64,000 nucleotides of DNA, from contig JAJTHM010000055.1 of assembly GCA_021297855.1 (NCBI GenBank), positions 4,216 through 68,215 on the forward strand, given 5' to 3'. The position numbers and the translations under genes are program-made. Positions 19,267-29,658 of the stretch are shown one piece after another. Each line of letters opens with the position of its first letter. Within the stretch, counting starts at the first letter, position 1. The stretch comes from Sphingobacteriales bacterium. GTDB taxonomy: Bacteria > Bacteroidota > Bacteroidia > Chitinophagales > JADJOU01. Under the pieces are notes generated by a model, which saw only the letters and a program-made list of their open reading frames with translations, made no database searches and was not told the DNA's origin.

Positions 19267-20863
19267 ATCCTTTCCTCTCCGCAATAAAAAAGGTATCCAC
19301 CTTTCCCCTATCGCTTATCCAGCCATATATTGGAGTCAACTTGAAAGAGTCTGGCATTTCATCAAGATGATGATAATTTCTTCTCTGTAGCATGAATAAA
19401 TTGTTTTTCGAATAACGAAGCGAATCGAATGTGACCAGCTCATAATTATCTCTTGGAGCTGTTTGATAGGTATATCCTGCCCAAGAGAGATATACCGGTA
19501 GGCTAGACATGGAGTAATCTGCCGAGAAAAATACATGCTTTGGTTTATAATTCAATGCGATAATTTTTTCAGCAATAAGTTTAGGAAACCTTCGCGTAGT
19601 CTCAAAGGCAGGAAGAGCTATGCTCCAGGCTATAAAATTCAAACCAAAAGCATAAGCTAAAGCGAGCTCAGGAAGTCGATTTTGAGGAAATTTTATCTTG
19701 GAATGTAGCAGATAAATCAAACCAAAACTACTAAAAAATAGGGAGAGAACGAGCGCGGTCGTTTGAAAATTTTCGAATGGAATCTTATCTTTCACTATTA
19801 AAATACCTATGCCAATTAGTATAAAAAGAATACCTAATCCTTTGGCATAATTTAAAATAATCCTCGATGGATTTTCTTTAAAGCTCATTACAGCCTGGGC
19901 TATATATAAGGACCAAAGCGGTATAACTGCAAAAGCATAAGAAGGCAATTTACTTTTGATAAGTTCATAAAACAACCAACCACAAATTATCCATGAAAAT
20001 TGGAAAAAGAAATGGCTAGACTTATTTTTCAGTAAAAAGTCCTTTAACATAGTATTCAACACCTTTGGTATAAAAAGAATCCATGGAAAGAAACAAACCA
20101 CCAATACAAGGAAATAATATCCAATAAAACCTGTTTGCCCATAAATCGTACCAGAAGTTCTTTTCAATATATACCAATCTATCCACCAATTTATAAACTG
20201 GCCTTGATCTTGTCTCCAGGTCAAAAGCGCCCATGCTAAAAAAGGAGTCAAACTCAAAATACATACCATCAAAAGGGTGAAAAACGTCTTTCGCTCTTTA
20301 CCAAAAATAAAAGACAATCCCAATGCTCCAAATGTAGTGATAAAAATCGGTGGACCCTTAGTCAGTCCTCCCATAGAAGTAAAAACAAATAAATAAAACA
20401 ACCATTTAATATGTTTAGATTGGATATAGGATTGTATACTGAAATAGGATCCAGTGAAACACATAAGCAAGGTAGCATCCGTCATACTTATCTTTCCATA
20501 AACTGGTATGAGCAGACTACCCATAAATACAAAAGCTGTCCAAGTAGCTATCCTCTCGGAGTATAATCTTTTGGAAAAATAGTAGAGGAGCAATAAGCTA
20601 ACTAAAATAGCTAAAACAGAAGGGACTCTAGTCGCAAATTCATTGTAACCAAAGATGGAGTAGGAGGCCGCTATGAGCCAAAAGTGAAGGGGTGGTTTTC
20701 TATGTGGCCAACTCCATTCAAAATCAGGAATTGTATAATCCCCCGTCTCTACCATAGTATAAGCAAAGCCCGCATAGGCTGCCTCATCTTGCTCCCATAG
20801 GCATAGACTATCATTCTTGTGAAAAAGAAGGATAACAAATAAAATGAAAATGAAATATTTCAA
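19247..20863 (-). CDS. ArnT/PMT-like GT-C glycosyltransferase
   Basis: DEAAYA, KPPLHFW, RVPS, LTKGP and KLPSY motifs with many TM helices. Confidence 0.88.
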   Translation of the reverse strand: MKYFIFILFVILLFHKNDSLCLWEQDEAAYAGFAYTMVETGDYTIPDFEWSWPHRKPPLHFWLIAASYSIFGYNEFATRVPSVLAILVSLLLLYYFSKRLYSERIATWTAFVFMGSLLIPVYGKISMTDATLLMCFTGSYFSIQSYIQSKHIKWLFYLFVFTSMGGLTKGPPIFITTFGALGLSFIFGKERKTFFTLLMVCILSLTPFLAWALLTWRQDQGQFINWWIDWYILKRTSGTIYGQTGFIGYYFLVLVVCFFPWILFIPKVLNTMLKDFLLKNKSSHFFFQFSWIICGWLFYELIKSKLPSYAFAVIPLWSLYIAQAVMSFKENPSRIILNYAKGLGILFILIGIGILIVKDKIPFENFQTTALVLSLFFSSFGLIYLLHSKIKFPQNRLPELALAYAFGLNFIAWSIALPAFETTRRFPKLIAEKIIALNYKPKHVFFSADYSMSSLPVYLSWAGYTYQTAPRDNYELVTFDSLRYSKNNLFMLQRRNYHHLDEMPDSFKLTPIYGWISDRGKVDTFFIAERKGFKTSLP

Positions 20864-20903
20864 AAACGTATAAAATAGAATTTACAAACGGATATATCTA
20901 CAG

Positions 20904-22604
20904 CTATACATGCAATTTACTATTCTTATGACTATATAGAAAATAAACTACCAAACCAATAAGCATCCATATCAAAAAATACATCCAATTGAGTATAGTC
21001 ATACTAGTCAATAAATAAGCACAGCTCAAAAGACCTAGCACGGGAATCAAGGTGAAATTTTTCACTACTGCCAAGCCAGTGAACACAATTAAAAGTCCAT
21101 AAAAAATTAGCAGTGCTATATTATTTACATTGTTATCTGCGTATTGAAAGAAAGAAACACCTAGCAGTGAAAATGTTTTATCATCTGGTAGCATTTGAAC
21201 TAAACTTGAAAAATAGCGAGAGCCTTCCTCATGCCATAGGCCCCAGACTATGAGACCCACCAATAATGCCAAAAGTGGAAAACGCGAACCAATCTTAGGC
21301 AAGCTGAATTTAGACTTGTCTTTAGGTTCTTCAGGTAATAATAGAACACCCCCACAAACCAATACGAAGGCAAACAAAGTAGATATACTTGTAAAATCAA
21401 TAACCCAATTATAATCTACGAAGAGAATAGGAATACCTACTACGAGACCTGTAATAATGGTGGCGTAGCTAGGTGTTTTATACTTCTTATGAATTTTAGA
21501 AAACTTTTTTGGCATCAATCCATCTCTACTCATCGACATCCAGATACGAGGCTGCCCCATTTGAAAAACCAATAATACGCTGGTCATAGCCACAATAGCA
21601 CTAACACTCACGACACCTCCTATCCAGTGCAATCCTTTTTCGAAAAATACAAAAGCCAAAGGGTCTTTGACATCCAGTAGACTGTAAGATACCATGCCCG
21701 TGAGCACGAGAGCCAATAAAATATAGAGAATCGTACAAATGACTAGGGCGTAAAACATCCCCTTCGGTAAATCAGAACGGGGGTTTCTGCACTCCTCTGC
21801 TGTAGTGCTGATAGCATCAAAACCAATATAGGCGAAGAAAACAGAAGAAACGCCTGCCATCACTCCTCGAAATCCGTTTGGCATTAAAGGATTCCAATTC
21901 GCACCATCGACATAGAAGAAACCAACGGTAATCACCAATATGATTACAACTACTTTCAACAATACCATGAAGTTGCTAAAATTTTTAGATTCCTTGATAC
22001 CGACGTAAACCACTGCAGTAATCAAAATATTGATGACGAAAGCCGGTAGATTGATAATAAATTTAAGACCCCATAAATTGGGAGCATTGGCATAAGCCGC
22101 TGCATACTTATTGGATAAGCCTTCGGCAAAAGCTCTTTTAGCCGTAGGATAATCTATGCCAAGCCAGTCCGGCAAATGCAGCCCTAAATTTTCTAATAAG
22201 GTCTGAAAGTATTCTGACCATGAAATAGCCACGGCAATATTCCCTATACTATACTCCATGACGAGAGCCCAACCGATGATCCAAGCAAATACTTCACCAA
22301 AGGTGGTATACGCATAAGTATAAGCGCTGCCCGCCGCGGGTATTCTGGAGGCAAATTCAGCATAACACATGGCGGTAAATCCAGAGGCAATAGCTGCGAA
22401 GATAAAAAGAAAGATGACTCCGGGTCCTCCACTAAAGCAGGCCTTGCCCACGGTGGAGAATATCCCTGCACCAATCACGGCGGCTATACCGAAAGAGGTC
22501 AAATCCACTACGGAGAGATTTTTGTGAAGCTTATCTCCATCCTCCAATAAATTGTGACTTTCTATAATCCCTTGGATAGACTTTTTTCTAAAAATTTTCC
22601 GCAT
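20904..22604 (-). CDS. APC-family amino acid permease
   Basis: GAGIF, CYAEFASRIPAAGSAY, FFAYIGFDA, MSRDGL. Confidence 0.93.
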   Translation of the reverse strand: MRKIFRKKSIQGIIESHNLLEDGDKLHKNLSVVDLTSFGIAAVIGAGIFSTVGKACFSGGPGVIFLFIFAAIASGFTAMCYAEFASRIPAAGSAYTYAYTTFGEVFAWIIGWALVMEYSIGNIAVAISWSEYFQTLLENLGLHLPDWLGIDYPTAKRAFAEGLSNKYAAAYANAPNLWGLKFIINLPAFVINILITAVVYVGIKESKNFSNFMVLLKVVVIILVITVGFFYVDGANWNPLMPNGFRGVMAGVSSVFFAYIGFDAISTTAEECRNPRSDLPKGMFYALVICTILYILLALVLTGMVSYSLLDVKDPLAFVFFEKGLHWIGGVVSVSAIVAMTSVLLVFQMGQPRIWMSMSRDGLMPKKFSKIHKKYKTPSYATIITGLVVGIPILFVDYNWVIDFTSISTLFAFVLVCGGVLLLPEEPKDKSKFSLPKIGSRFPLLALLVGLIVWGLWHEEGSRYFSSLVQMLPDDKTFSLLGVSFFQYADNNVNNIALLIFYGLLIVFTGLAVVKNFTLIPVLGLLSCAYLLTSMTILNWMYFLIWMLIGLVVYFLYSHKNSKLHV

Positions 22605-22726
22605 AGGTTAACTCTATATTAAATGGTAAATATAGGGGTGTAACCACGAACTCGTACTGATTTTTCGTCAGTATTCACGAATTAATATTTTGAATAAATC
22701 AACTATTGATCGCTGTAATCTAATAG

Positions 22727-25700
22727 CTATCTAACCATCATCACCTCGCCAGTTTTCGTGAAATACCTACCTAAATAGGAATAGCGGAGCGAATAGGAAT
22801 AAACTCCATTGGCGGCGGGCATTCCTTGATAGCTTCCGTCCCAGCCTTTGGATGAAGGATTGTGTTCATAGACTTTCTCGCCCCAGCGGTTGTAGATTTG
22901 GAAGTAGTCGATTGAAATATTACCTGAAAGGTTCGGAGTGAAATAATCATTCAATCCATCTCCATTCGGAGAGAAGGCGGTGGGAAAATCAATTAATGGT
23001 TGGTCTATTGCAAATATCCTAAACTGCATTTTTTCTTCGCAGTCTGCTAGATTCCAAGCCGTCACTTCAAAGGTCTTATCATCGCTGATTTGCGGGCGGA
23101 TAGATGGGCTTTGTTCACCCGATGTCCAGCGATAATTCTGCGCTCCACTCACTTGTATGTTTGTTGTTTCTCCTTTGATGACGGTGTCGATTTGCTTGCT
23201 TATGGCAGTTAAGACTGGTCTACTTTCTCTACGGTAATAATAAGGCTGATAGAGGCTGTCGCAGTAAGGAAATTCTAAACTTTTGATGGTATCTTGCGTA
23301 AAAAAACTCGCAGTTTTCAGTTGTCCTTTGTGTATGATTTCTTCACAAAACTCTATCGTCTTATCCGCTAAAAATTTCGGCTTGGGATTTGTGATATAGA
23401 CAAAATGCTTAGTCACGATACTATCACAGCCGAGATAGTTTTTAATCGTTTCTATAAAGCTATCATTTTGCGTATAGGTTCGTGTACCATAGGTAAACGA
23501 ACCGCATTTACTATGATTTATCGTATGATAGTTCGTAGGAGTCGTATGCTTGAGATAGATCGTCAATATACTATCGCAACCTTGGCTAGATTTATAGGTT
23601 TCATAATAAGTACCAGGGCTGCTATAACCTCGATAAACTTGTCCTGTGCAGACCGTCTGACGAATCGTGTCGTAGAGGACGAGATTAAAGCTGAGATTGA
23701 GTGTCACAAAACTATCACAACCTAAATAATTCGTCAAGGTATCACGATAGAGACCCGACTGAGTCAAAATCTGATTATTAAAGGCAAAAGTCTGACCCTT
23801 GCACAGCAATCTAGAAAAGCTAGAACTGGTGCTATCTATAACCGTCAAAGTCAATATCAATGTGCTATCACAACCGTTTTTATTTGTCAGTTTATGATAA
23901 TATGTTCCTGCGGTAGTCAGGGTTTGGCTATAAAAATTATGTGATTGACCTCGGCAGATAATTTTTGACTGTGGAGTCGTGTCCTGTGGGTTAATCGTCA
24001 AACTAAGTCTTAGAACACTATCACAATTTTTTATGTTTTTCAAGGTATCATAATAAATTCCTGCTTGTTTTCGGTATTTTCCTCCAAATAAACTTGAATC
24101 ACTAGAGCAAATAGCCCTAGAAATAGGCGTTTCATAACTAGGTTTAGGTATAAACTGATAGAAGATATGGCTATCGCAGCCAGCGATATTTTTCAAGGTA
24201 TCTCTATAAAAACCCGCTAGCGTCAATGAAGAACCATTAAATGTCTTAGGCATATTGCCGCAGAGGGTATCATATACATAGGTGGTATCGACGGTTCGCA
24301 CGATGAGAGTGAGCACTAGGATACTGTCGCAGTTTTGTATCGACTTAAGTGTATCTGTATATACGCCCGCAGTTTTGAGATATTGTCCATCAAAAAAGCT
24401 ACTGTCTGTAAAACATATAGCTCTATTTATAGGCATCACATAGCTTGGTTTAGGGATGAAGTGATAGAAAATGTGACTATCACAGCCATTTAATTTTATA
24501 ATTGTATCACGATATATCCCTGCTATTGATAGGCTTTGTCCATTAAATACTTTCGGCATATTACCACAGAGGGTATCATAGACATGGGTCGTATCTACAT
24601 TTTTTATATATAGATTTAGAATAACAAGGCTATCACAACCTACGAAATTAGGCAGGGTATCTCTGTATACACCCGCTGTAGTGAGCTGATTTCCATTGAA
24701 TAAAAAAGATTTACCTTGGCAGATATATTTATCTATAATAGTAGTATCTTGATGTACTTTCACAGATATGGAAGTATAGGCTGGACACCCAGTAGAGTTC
24801 GTCGCAGTGACTTTAAATGTATCCGTCGTACTGACCTTTATACTCTTGGTAGTAGCCCCTGTACTCCAGAGATAGCTCGAGGCGTGGCTCGCAGTTAGTT
24901 CTACCGTATCTCTTGGACAGATATTGGTGTTTCTTGAGGGTGTTATAGTCACAGGAGCGGTTACACAATTATTCCACTTGGATAAGAAAACTTCTTCGGA
25001 TGTACCACCTGCTAAATAGCTAGTAGGATTATTCCATAAGGCATCCATTATATAGGTGCCAGCCGTCGGGTCGAAATCAACCGAATCTTTAAAATGCCCT
25101 GTCGTGTGAATATTACCCGATTTTGACACAGCGATAGCATGCCCCCAAGTTCTATATTTACCGCCTATAGAGCGCGCCCAGACGAAGTTACCTAATTCAT
25201 CGAGTTTGGAGACGTATTGATCTTCGGGTCCAGTGGCAGTCATAGCATAGACAGCCGAGCTAGGGTTCATATCGGTAATGCCTTGAAATGCGCCTGTGGT
25301 GTATATATTATTCGCTGTATCAGTAGCTATCGACTTACAATATTCATTACTCGCACTGCCCATGGATTGAATCCAATGGAGAACGCCATTGCTATCTAGT
25401 TTCCATACAAAAATATCATTGGCACCAGCGGACAATTTATGAGATACTCCTGTATTGGGGTCAAAATCAACCTGATGCTGAAAATCACCAGCTGTGATGA
25501 TTTTATTTTTAGAATCTACCGCTACAGAGTAGGCGACATCATCGCCCGGACCACCAGCAGATTTAGCCCAGATGAAATTGCCTGCGGTATCTAGCTTTAG
25601 AATAAAGGCATCATTACGACCATTTGTGGGTATAATAAACTGGCTAGTACCTGGGTCGAAATCGCAGCTATCCGAAAAAGAACCAACGATGACCAGATTC

Positions 25701-26452
25701 CCTTGTTTATCAAAAGCTAAAGAATTGGCTTTGTCTTCCTTTTTACTGCCTATCCGTCTAGCCCAGATAAAATTACCATTGCTGTCTAGTTTAGAAACAA
25801 ATACATCATAGTGTCCCGCCGAAGTCAGGTTGTAAACTCCACTTCCTGGGTCGAAGTCCACGGTATTAAAAAAACAACCTACGGTATATACATTACTATT
25901 ATTGTCGACCTTAATATCAAATCCACCAGCAAATATGGACTCAAATGCTCGTGCCCATTTGAATTTTCCATTGGCATCGAGCTTGAGTATAAAGGCACTG
26001 GCAGTTGCGTTCGGTATAATATAGTCGCTTGTATCTAGGTCAAAATCGGTCGTATCACGAAAACTAGAGGTAATATATACATTGGATCTGGAATCTGTAG
26101 TGATACCATATCCTCCTGCATGTTGGAAAATAACTGAATTATTTGGAAATTGAGTAAATACAAAGCCCCATTTATATAGACCATTAGAGTCCACCTTGGA
26201 TACAAACATTTCACTATGGTATCTACTTACAAAAGTATCTGAGCCTTGATCAAAAATCAACCATCCTCTACATTGACCTGTGGTATATAGATTGTCGTGT
26301 AGGTCAAGAGTCGTAGCAGACCCTCCATCATGATTTAATCTTTGTCTATGCGATCGCGACCATTTAAAATTGACCTGCGAATATAATGTACCATCAATTC
26401 CTAATAGGATAAGAATGAAAAAAAGCAATGCAATTATTGACATTATTCTCAT
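22727..26452 (-). CDS. SBBP-repeat beta-propeller adhesin with CDS-motif stalk repeats and T9SS type B (CHU_C/gliding-motility) C-terminal domain
   Basis: Repeated KLDxxGNFIWA and VDFDPG; repeated GxYxDTLxxxxGCDS; C-terminal PTAFSPNGDGLND...IYNRWGE...G.V. Confidence 0.9.
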   Translation of the reverse strand: MRIMSIIALLFFILILLGIDGTLYSQVNFKWSRSHRQRLNHDGGSATTLDLHDNLYTTGQCRGWLIFDQGSDTFVSRYHSEMFVSKVDSNGLYKWGFVFTQFPNNSVIFQHAGGYGITTDSRSNVYITSSFRDTTDFDLDTSDYIIPNATASAFILKLDANGKFKWARAFESIFAGGFDIKVDNNSNVYTVGCFFNTVDFDPGSGVYNLTSAGHYDVFVSKLDSNGNFIWARRIGSKKEDKANSLAFDKQGNLVIVGSFSDSCDFDPGTSQFIIPTNGRNDAFILKLDTAGNFIWAKSAGGPGDDVAYSVAVDSKNKIITAGDFQHQVDFDPNTGVSHKLSAGANDIFVWKLDSNGVLHWIQSMGSASNEYCKSIATDTANNIYTTGAFQGITDMNPSSAVYAMTATGPEDQYVSKLDELGNFVWARSIGGKYRTWGHAIAVSKSGNIHTTGHFKDSVDFDPTAGTYIMDALWNNPTSYLAGGTSEEVFLSKWNNCVTAPVTITPSRNTNICPRDTVELTASHASSYLWSTGATTKSIKVSTTDTFKVTATNSTGCPAYTSISVKVHQDTTIIDKYICQGKSFLFNGNQLTTAGVYRDTLPNFVGCDSLVILNLYIKNVDTTHVYDTLCGNMPKVFNGQSLSIAGIYRDTIIKLNGCDSHIFYHFIPKPSYVMPINRAICFTDSSFFDGQYLKTAGVYTDTLKSIQNCDSILVLTLIVRTVDTTYVYDTLCGNMPKTFNGSSLTLAGFYRDTLKNIAGCDSHIFYQFIPKPSYETPISRAICSSDSSLFGGKYRKQAGIYYDTLKNIKNCDSVLRLSLTINPQDTTPQSKIICRGQSHNFYSQTLTTAGTYYHKLTNKNGCDSTLILTLTVIDSTSSSFSRLLCKGQTFAFNNQILTQSGLYRDTLTNYLGCDSFVTLNLSFNLVLYDTIRQTVCTGQVYRGYSSPGTYYETYKSSQGCDSILTIYLKHTTPTNYHTINHSKCGSFTYGTRTYTQNDSFIETIKNYLGCDSIVTKHFVYITNPKPKFLADKTIEFCEEIIHKGQLKTASFFTQDTIKSLEFPYCDSLYQPYYYRRESRPVLTAISKQIDTVIKGETTNIQVSGAQNYRWTSGEQSPSIRPQISDDKTFEVTAWNLADCEEKMQFRIFAIDQPLIDFPTAFSPNGDGLNDYFTPNLSGNISIDYFQIYNRWGEKVYEHNPSSKGWDGSYQGMPAANGVYSYSLRYSYLGRYFTKTGEVMMVR

Positions 26453-26719
26453 GGATGGATTTAATCTTACTTCTAAGTTTGAATTATAACTTTATTCTCA
26501 TTCTCGAAAAGAATCGTCCTAAGTTTTGAATATTCAATTTGATAGAGTTTCATGAGGTTTTTTCTGGTTTGCCCTATAGAAAATTTCACCCTAACGCCCA
26601 CACTTGAAATTTTCTATTACAAATATAACAAAAAATAGTCTAGAAAATAAAAAATCTAGTCAAACATGATAACTAAAATGAATACAGTAAGCTAACTTTA
26701 AAAATTTCTACGGCTTAAC

Positions 26720-27760
26720 TTACCTACCTAGCCACTCATTCATCTTCATACTAAACGTAAAAGTATGATTCACGCCGATGGGGCCGAAGCGAGAAAAGGA
26801 ATAGCCGAGATCGAATTTTCGTGTATAAATGCCGAAACCAAGTCCTAGACCCGTCAATCCGCGCATATTATCGAAGGAGTTTTCCAAGCCTCGCTTGACA
26901 TCATAGTTGGCTCCTATCTTGACTGCCTGACCGAAATTGATCTCGACACCGAATACAAAATGACTCAAAATGGCAGAAACTACACTTGGTTCTTGGATTC
27001 TATAGAGACTATTTTGAGGCCATAGACCATATCCCCTCCCCTCCACTGTGGTTGTGGCAGCATTCCAATGATAGAGCTCCTGAGTCATAATGATTACCCT
27101 GAGAGGATTATTTTTGAACTTTTTGCTTACGGCAAACTGGATATCAAATGGTGTCGAACTCGTCTGCGTTCTGTCTCCTACAAACTGATAGCCAATATTT
27201 TTTAATAGTAAGGTAGCGTATATTTGTCGCTCATCATCACGATAAAGCATAGACAAATCCGCTGAGGCTCCAAACATATTGGCTAAAATATAATTGGCAT
27301 AGGCGAGTTTGACTGTAGCTCCAAATTTATAATGCTCGTAGGTTTTGGATGCAGCTATATAGGCAGAAACTTCATTGGGACTAATGGTTCCAGATTCATT
27401 TCCATTGACATCGATGCGCTGTTGCTTGCCGTAGTTTATAAAATTGATTCCAACGACATATGGAATATCAAACTTATAATTATTCATAGAATAAGCTAAA
27501 TGCCCATAGAGCGACTGAAAATAAAGGCTGCTGGTTGCCATCAACTTGCCTTTACTACTAAATTCTAGTAAAGCTGGATTGGCTAAAACCAGATCAATAT
27601 GCTCGTCAGGCACAGCGATTGCTGATTTACCTAAATAATTATGCCTAGCCGAACCCGGTATATTTAGGAATTTGAAGGTGGAAGACTCCACTATATTCTG
27701 GCTAGAAAGAGGAGTCAGACATCCAAGGATAAAAATACAATGGATGACTTTGTTTAACAT
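26720..27760 (-). CDS. porQ: Type IX secretion system protein PorQ
   Basis: FKFLNIPGSAR...LG, ANPALL, INYG and KNIGYQ barrel motifs; 346-aa size fits. Confidence 0.75.
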   Translation of the reverse strand: MLNKVIHCIFILGCLTPLSSQNIVESSTFKFLNIPGSARHNYLGKSAIAVPDEHIDLVLANPALLEFSSKGKLMATSSLYFQSLYGHLAYSMNNYKFDIPYVVGINFINYGKQQRIDVNGNESGTISPNEVSAYIAASKTYEHYKFGATVKLAYANYILANMFGASADLSMLYRDDERQIYATLLLKNIGYQFVGDRTQTSSTPFDIQFAVSKKFKNNPLRVIIMTQELYHWNAATTTVEGRGYGLWPQNSLYRIQEPSVVSAILSHFVFGVEINFGQAVKIGANYDVKRGLENSFDNMRGLTGLGLGFGIYTRKFDLGYSFSRFGPIGVNHTFTFSMKMNEWLGR

Positions 27761-27821
27761 AGATTTTGATGTAGTGTTCTTCTATTACGTGATTTAAACT
27801 CCAATTTGTTCAAATTATTGC

Positions 27822-28397
27822 TTATTCCGCATTAGTTTCTTCCGTTGGAGTGCCTAATTCATTCTCATACACTTGAATATCAGTAAGTCTTGGTAGGTCC
27901 TCGATAGAATGGATGCCGAAATAGTCTAGGAATTTTTCAGTCGTGCGATAGGTGGTAGGATGCCCAGGGGTATCCTTTCTTCCGGAAATTTCAATTAACT
28001 CCCGTTCCAACAATCTCTCTATCGCATAATCGGAAGAAACACCTCGGATAGTCTCCATATCCAATTTGGTACAGTCTGGCTGAAACGCAATGATAGAAAG
28101 CGTTTCTAAGGCAGATTTTGATAGTCTTCTCTTCTGAATCGTTTCGATATAATGGACTATATATGGATAATAGGCAGCCTTAGAAACGAAGGAATAACCC
28201 GAGCCCGTTTGCTGAATTTCAATACCATACTTATCTGTTTGATATTCATACTGCAGCTCTTTCAGTGCCTCAAGGATAAGTGCGTTTTCTATTTCTGGAT
28301 GTTCCTTTTGAATCAGGCCATAAAGTTCCTCCTCCTTTATAGGATGCGGAGAGGAGAATAAAACAGCTTGTATAATAGGTTTTAATGCAATGCTCAT
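27822..28397 (-). CDS. scpB: SMC-Scp complex subunit ScpB
   Basis: LSKSALETLSIIAFQP, IRGV, GRKDTPGHP..Y.TT..FL..FG...LP. Confidence 0.95.
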   Translation of the reverse strand: MSIALKPIIQAVLFSSPHPIKEEELYGLIQKEHPEIENALILEALKELQYEYQTDKYGIEIQQTGSGYSFVSKAAYYPYIVHYIETIQKRRLSKSALETLSIIAFQPDCTKLDMETIRGVSSDYAIERLLERELIEISGRKDTPGHPTTYRTTEKFLDYFGIHSIEDLPRLTDIQVYENELGTPTEETNAE

Positions 28398-28400
28398 AAT

Positions 28401-29657
28401 CTATTCTGTTGGTTCAAATTCTTTAACCCAGCCATTGTTTGTAGCTCTCAGAAGGTTTTTTAAATCATTTTCGAAAAATAACAACCCATTACTGGCATCA
28501 TAAATAGGTCTCATATTCACGTTGATGTATGCACCTTTATACTGATAGTCCTGTACGGATAATGGAAATTTAACTCCATAATTATTTAGTACGGTCGTGA
28601 CGTACATCGCCACATCATAACCGAGAAAAACATCTGTGACTGCTCTATCTCTGGTCAAAGAGGCGTAGTCTGATTTAACTTTGCTAAGGAGGTTAGGGTT
28701 GTTTTCTAAAAAAGCATCCGTATAAACCTTGGCATCCAGCGTATCGAGAAAAGACTTGTTGATTTTATTATTTATAACCCAGTAGCTGTGACCAAAAACA
28801 GTCACATTATGAGGCTTCAATTTCACCAATTTTCCGAGAATTTCATTCACAATAGCTGTTTCATGATAACCTACCATGTAAACTGCGTCTCGGGTAGTAT
28901 CTAAATAGGACTTAAAACTTAAATCTGAATTATATTCGAGCAATTTGAGTCTTTTAGAACCATCTTTTTCAGACATAAATTTCAAATAATTCGCTACCTT
29001 TCTCTCTGCCTTGTTTATGCCATCATAGACATAAAAAATATCGGTGTTTCTTTTGTTCTTATCCAGAATAATCTTTACGTAATAGTCGTAATAAACTCTG
29101 TTTTTTGGCGCATGAAACTTGAACACATAAGGGTTATCCTTAGCAGGAAGGTCTGAAGTATTCTGAGCAAGAAACATCGGTATTTTTTTATCTAAGCAAT
29201 ACTTTGAGACTAAAATCGCTTGAGAAGAATGAAATGGAGCTATAATGGCATCGAATTTCTTCTTAGATAATTCTTGAATAATGGCCTGAGTTGAAGAATC
29301 GCTTCGATCATTATCCCAAATGTGAATATTAAATTTCGCATTCATTTTGGCTATTTGCGGAAAGGCGACATTGACCCCTTCCCAAAAACCTAAAGCTTCG
29401 CGGGACTCTGAAGACATGCTTGCAGGCTTATCTTTTCCATCACTTTTGACAATGCTATTTTTTCGAATAGGCAGAATAAAGGCAATATTATAAATAGCTT
29501 TTCTAGAGTAATTAAGAGAATCTAAATGTTTGTAAGGATTGTCCCTTAGCACCGGAGTGGTTGTATTTTCAAGGGCAGGGCTGTTCTCATCTTCTACAAT
29601 TTGAGAAAAGCTGAACAGGTGCAAAACCGAAAAAAATAATATAAATATATACTTCAT
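28401..29657 (-). CDS. Exported type I periplasmic-binding-fold (LppC/PBP1-like) protein
   Basis: Start moved to the ATG at 29657 (MKYIFILF, signal peptide), 1 nt after the guaA stop; NIAFILP...GFWEG, DAIIAPF and LGYDV motifs. Confidence 0.65.
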   Translation of the reverse strand: MKYIFILFFSVLHLFSFSQIVEDENSPALENTTTPVLRDNPYKHLDSLNYSRKAIYNIAFILPIRKNSIVKSDGKDKPASMSSESREALGFWEGVNVAFPQIAKMNAKFNIHIWDNDRSDSSTQAIIQELSKKKFDAIIAPFHSSQAILVSKYCLDKKIPMFLAQNTSDLPAKDNPYVFKFHAPKNRVYYDYYVKIILDKNKRNTDIFYVYDGINKAERKVANYLKFMSEKDGSKRLKLLEYNSDLSFKSYLDTTRDAVYMVGYHETAIVNEILGKLVKLKPHNVTVFGHSYWVINNKINKSFLDTLDAKVYTDAFLENNPNLLSKVKSDYASLTRDRAVTDVFLGYDVAMYVTTVLNNYGVKFPLSVQDYQYKGAYINVNMRPIYDASNGLLFFENDLKNLLRATNNGWVKEFEPTE

Positions 29658-29658
29658 T

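Noticed and set aside
22640-22685. CCACGAA...TACTGA/TCAGTA...CACGAATT small hairpin
   Set aside because: Too short to assign; probably a degenerate intergenic repeat.
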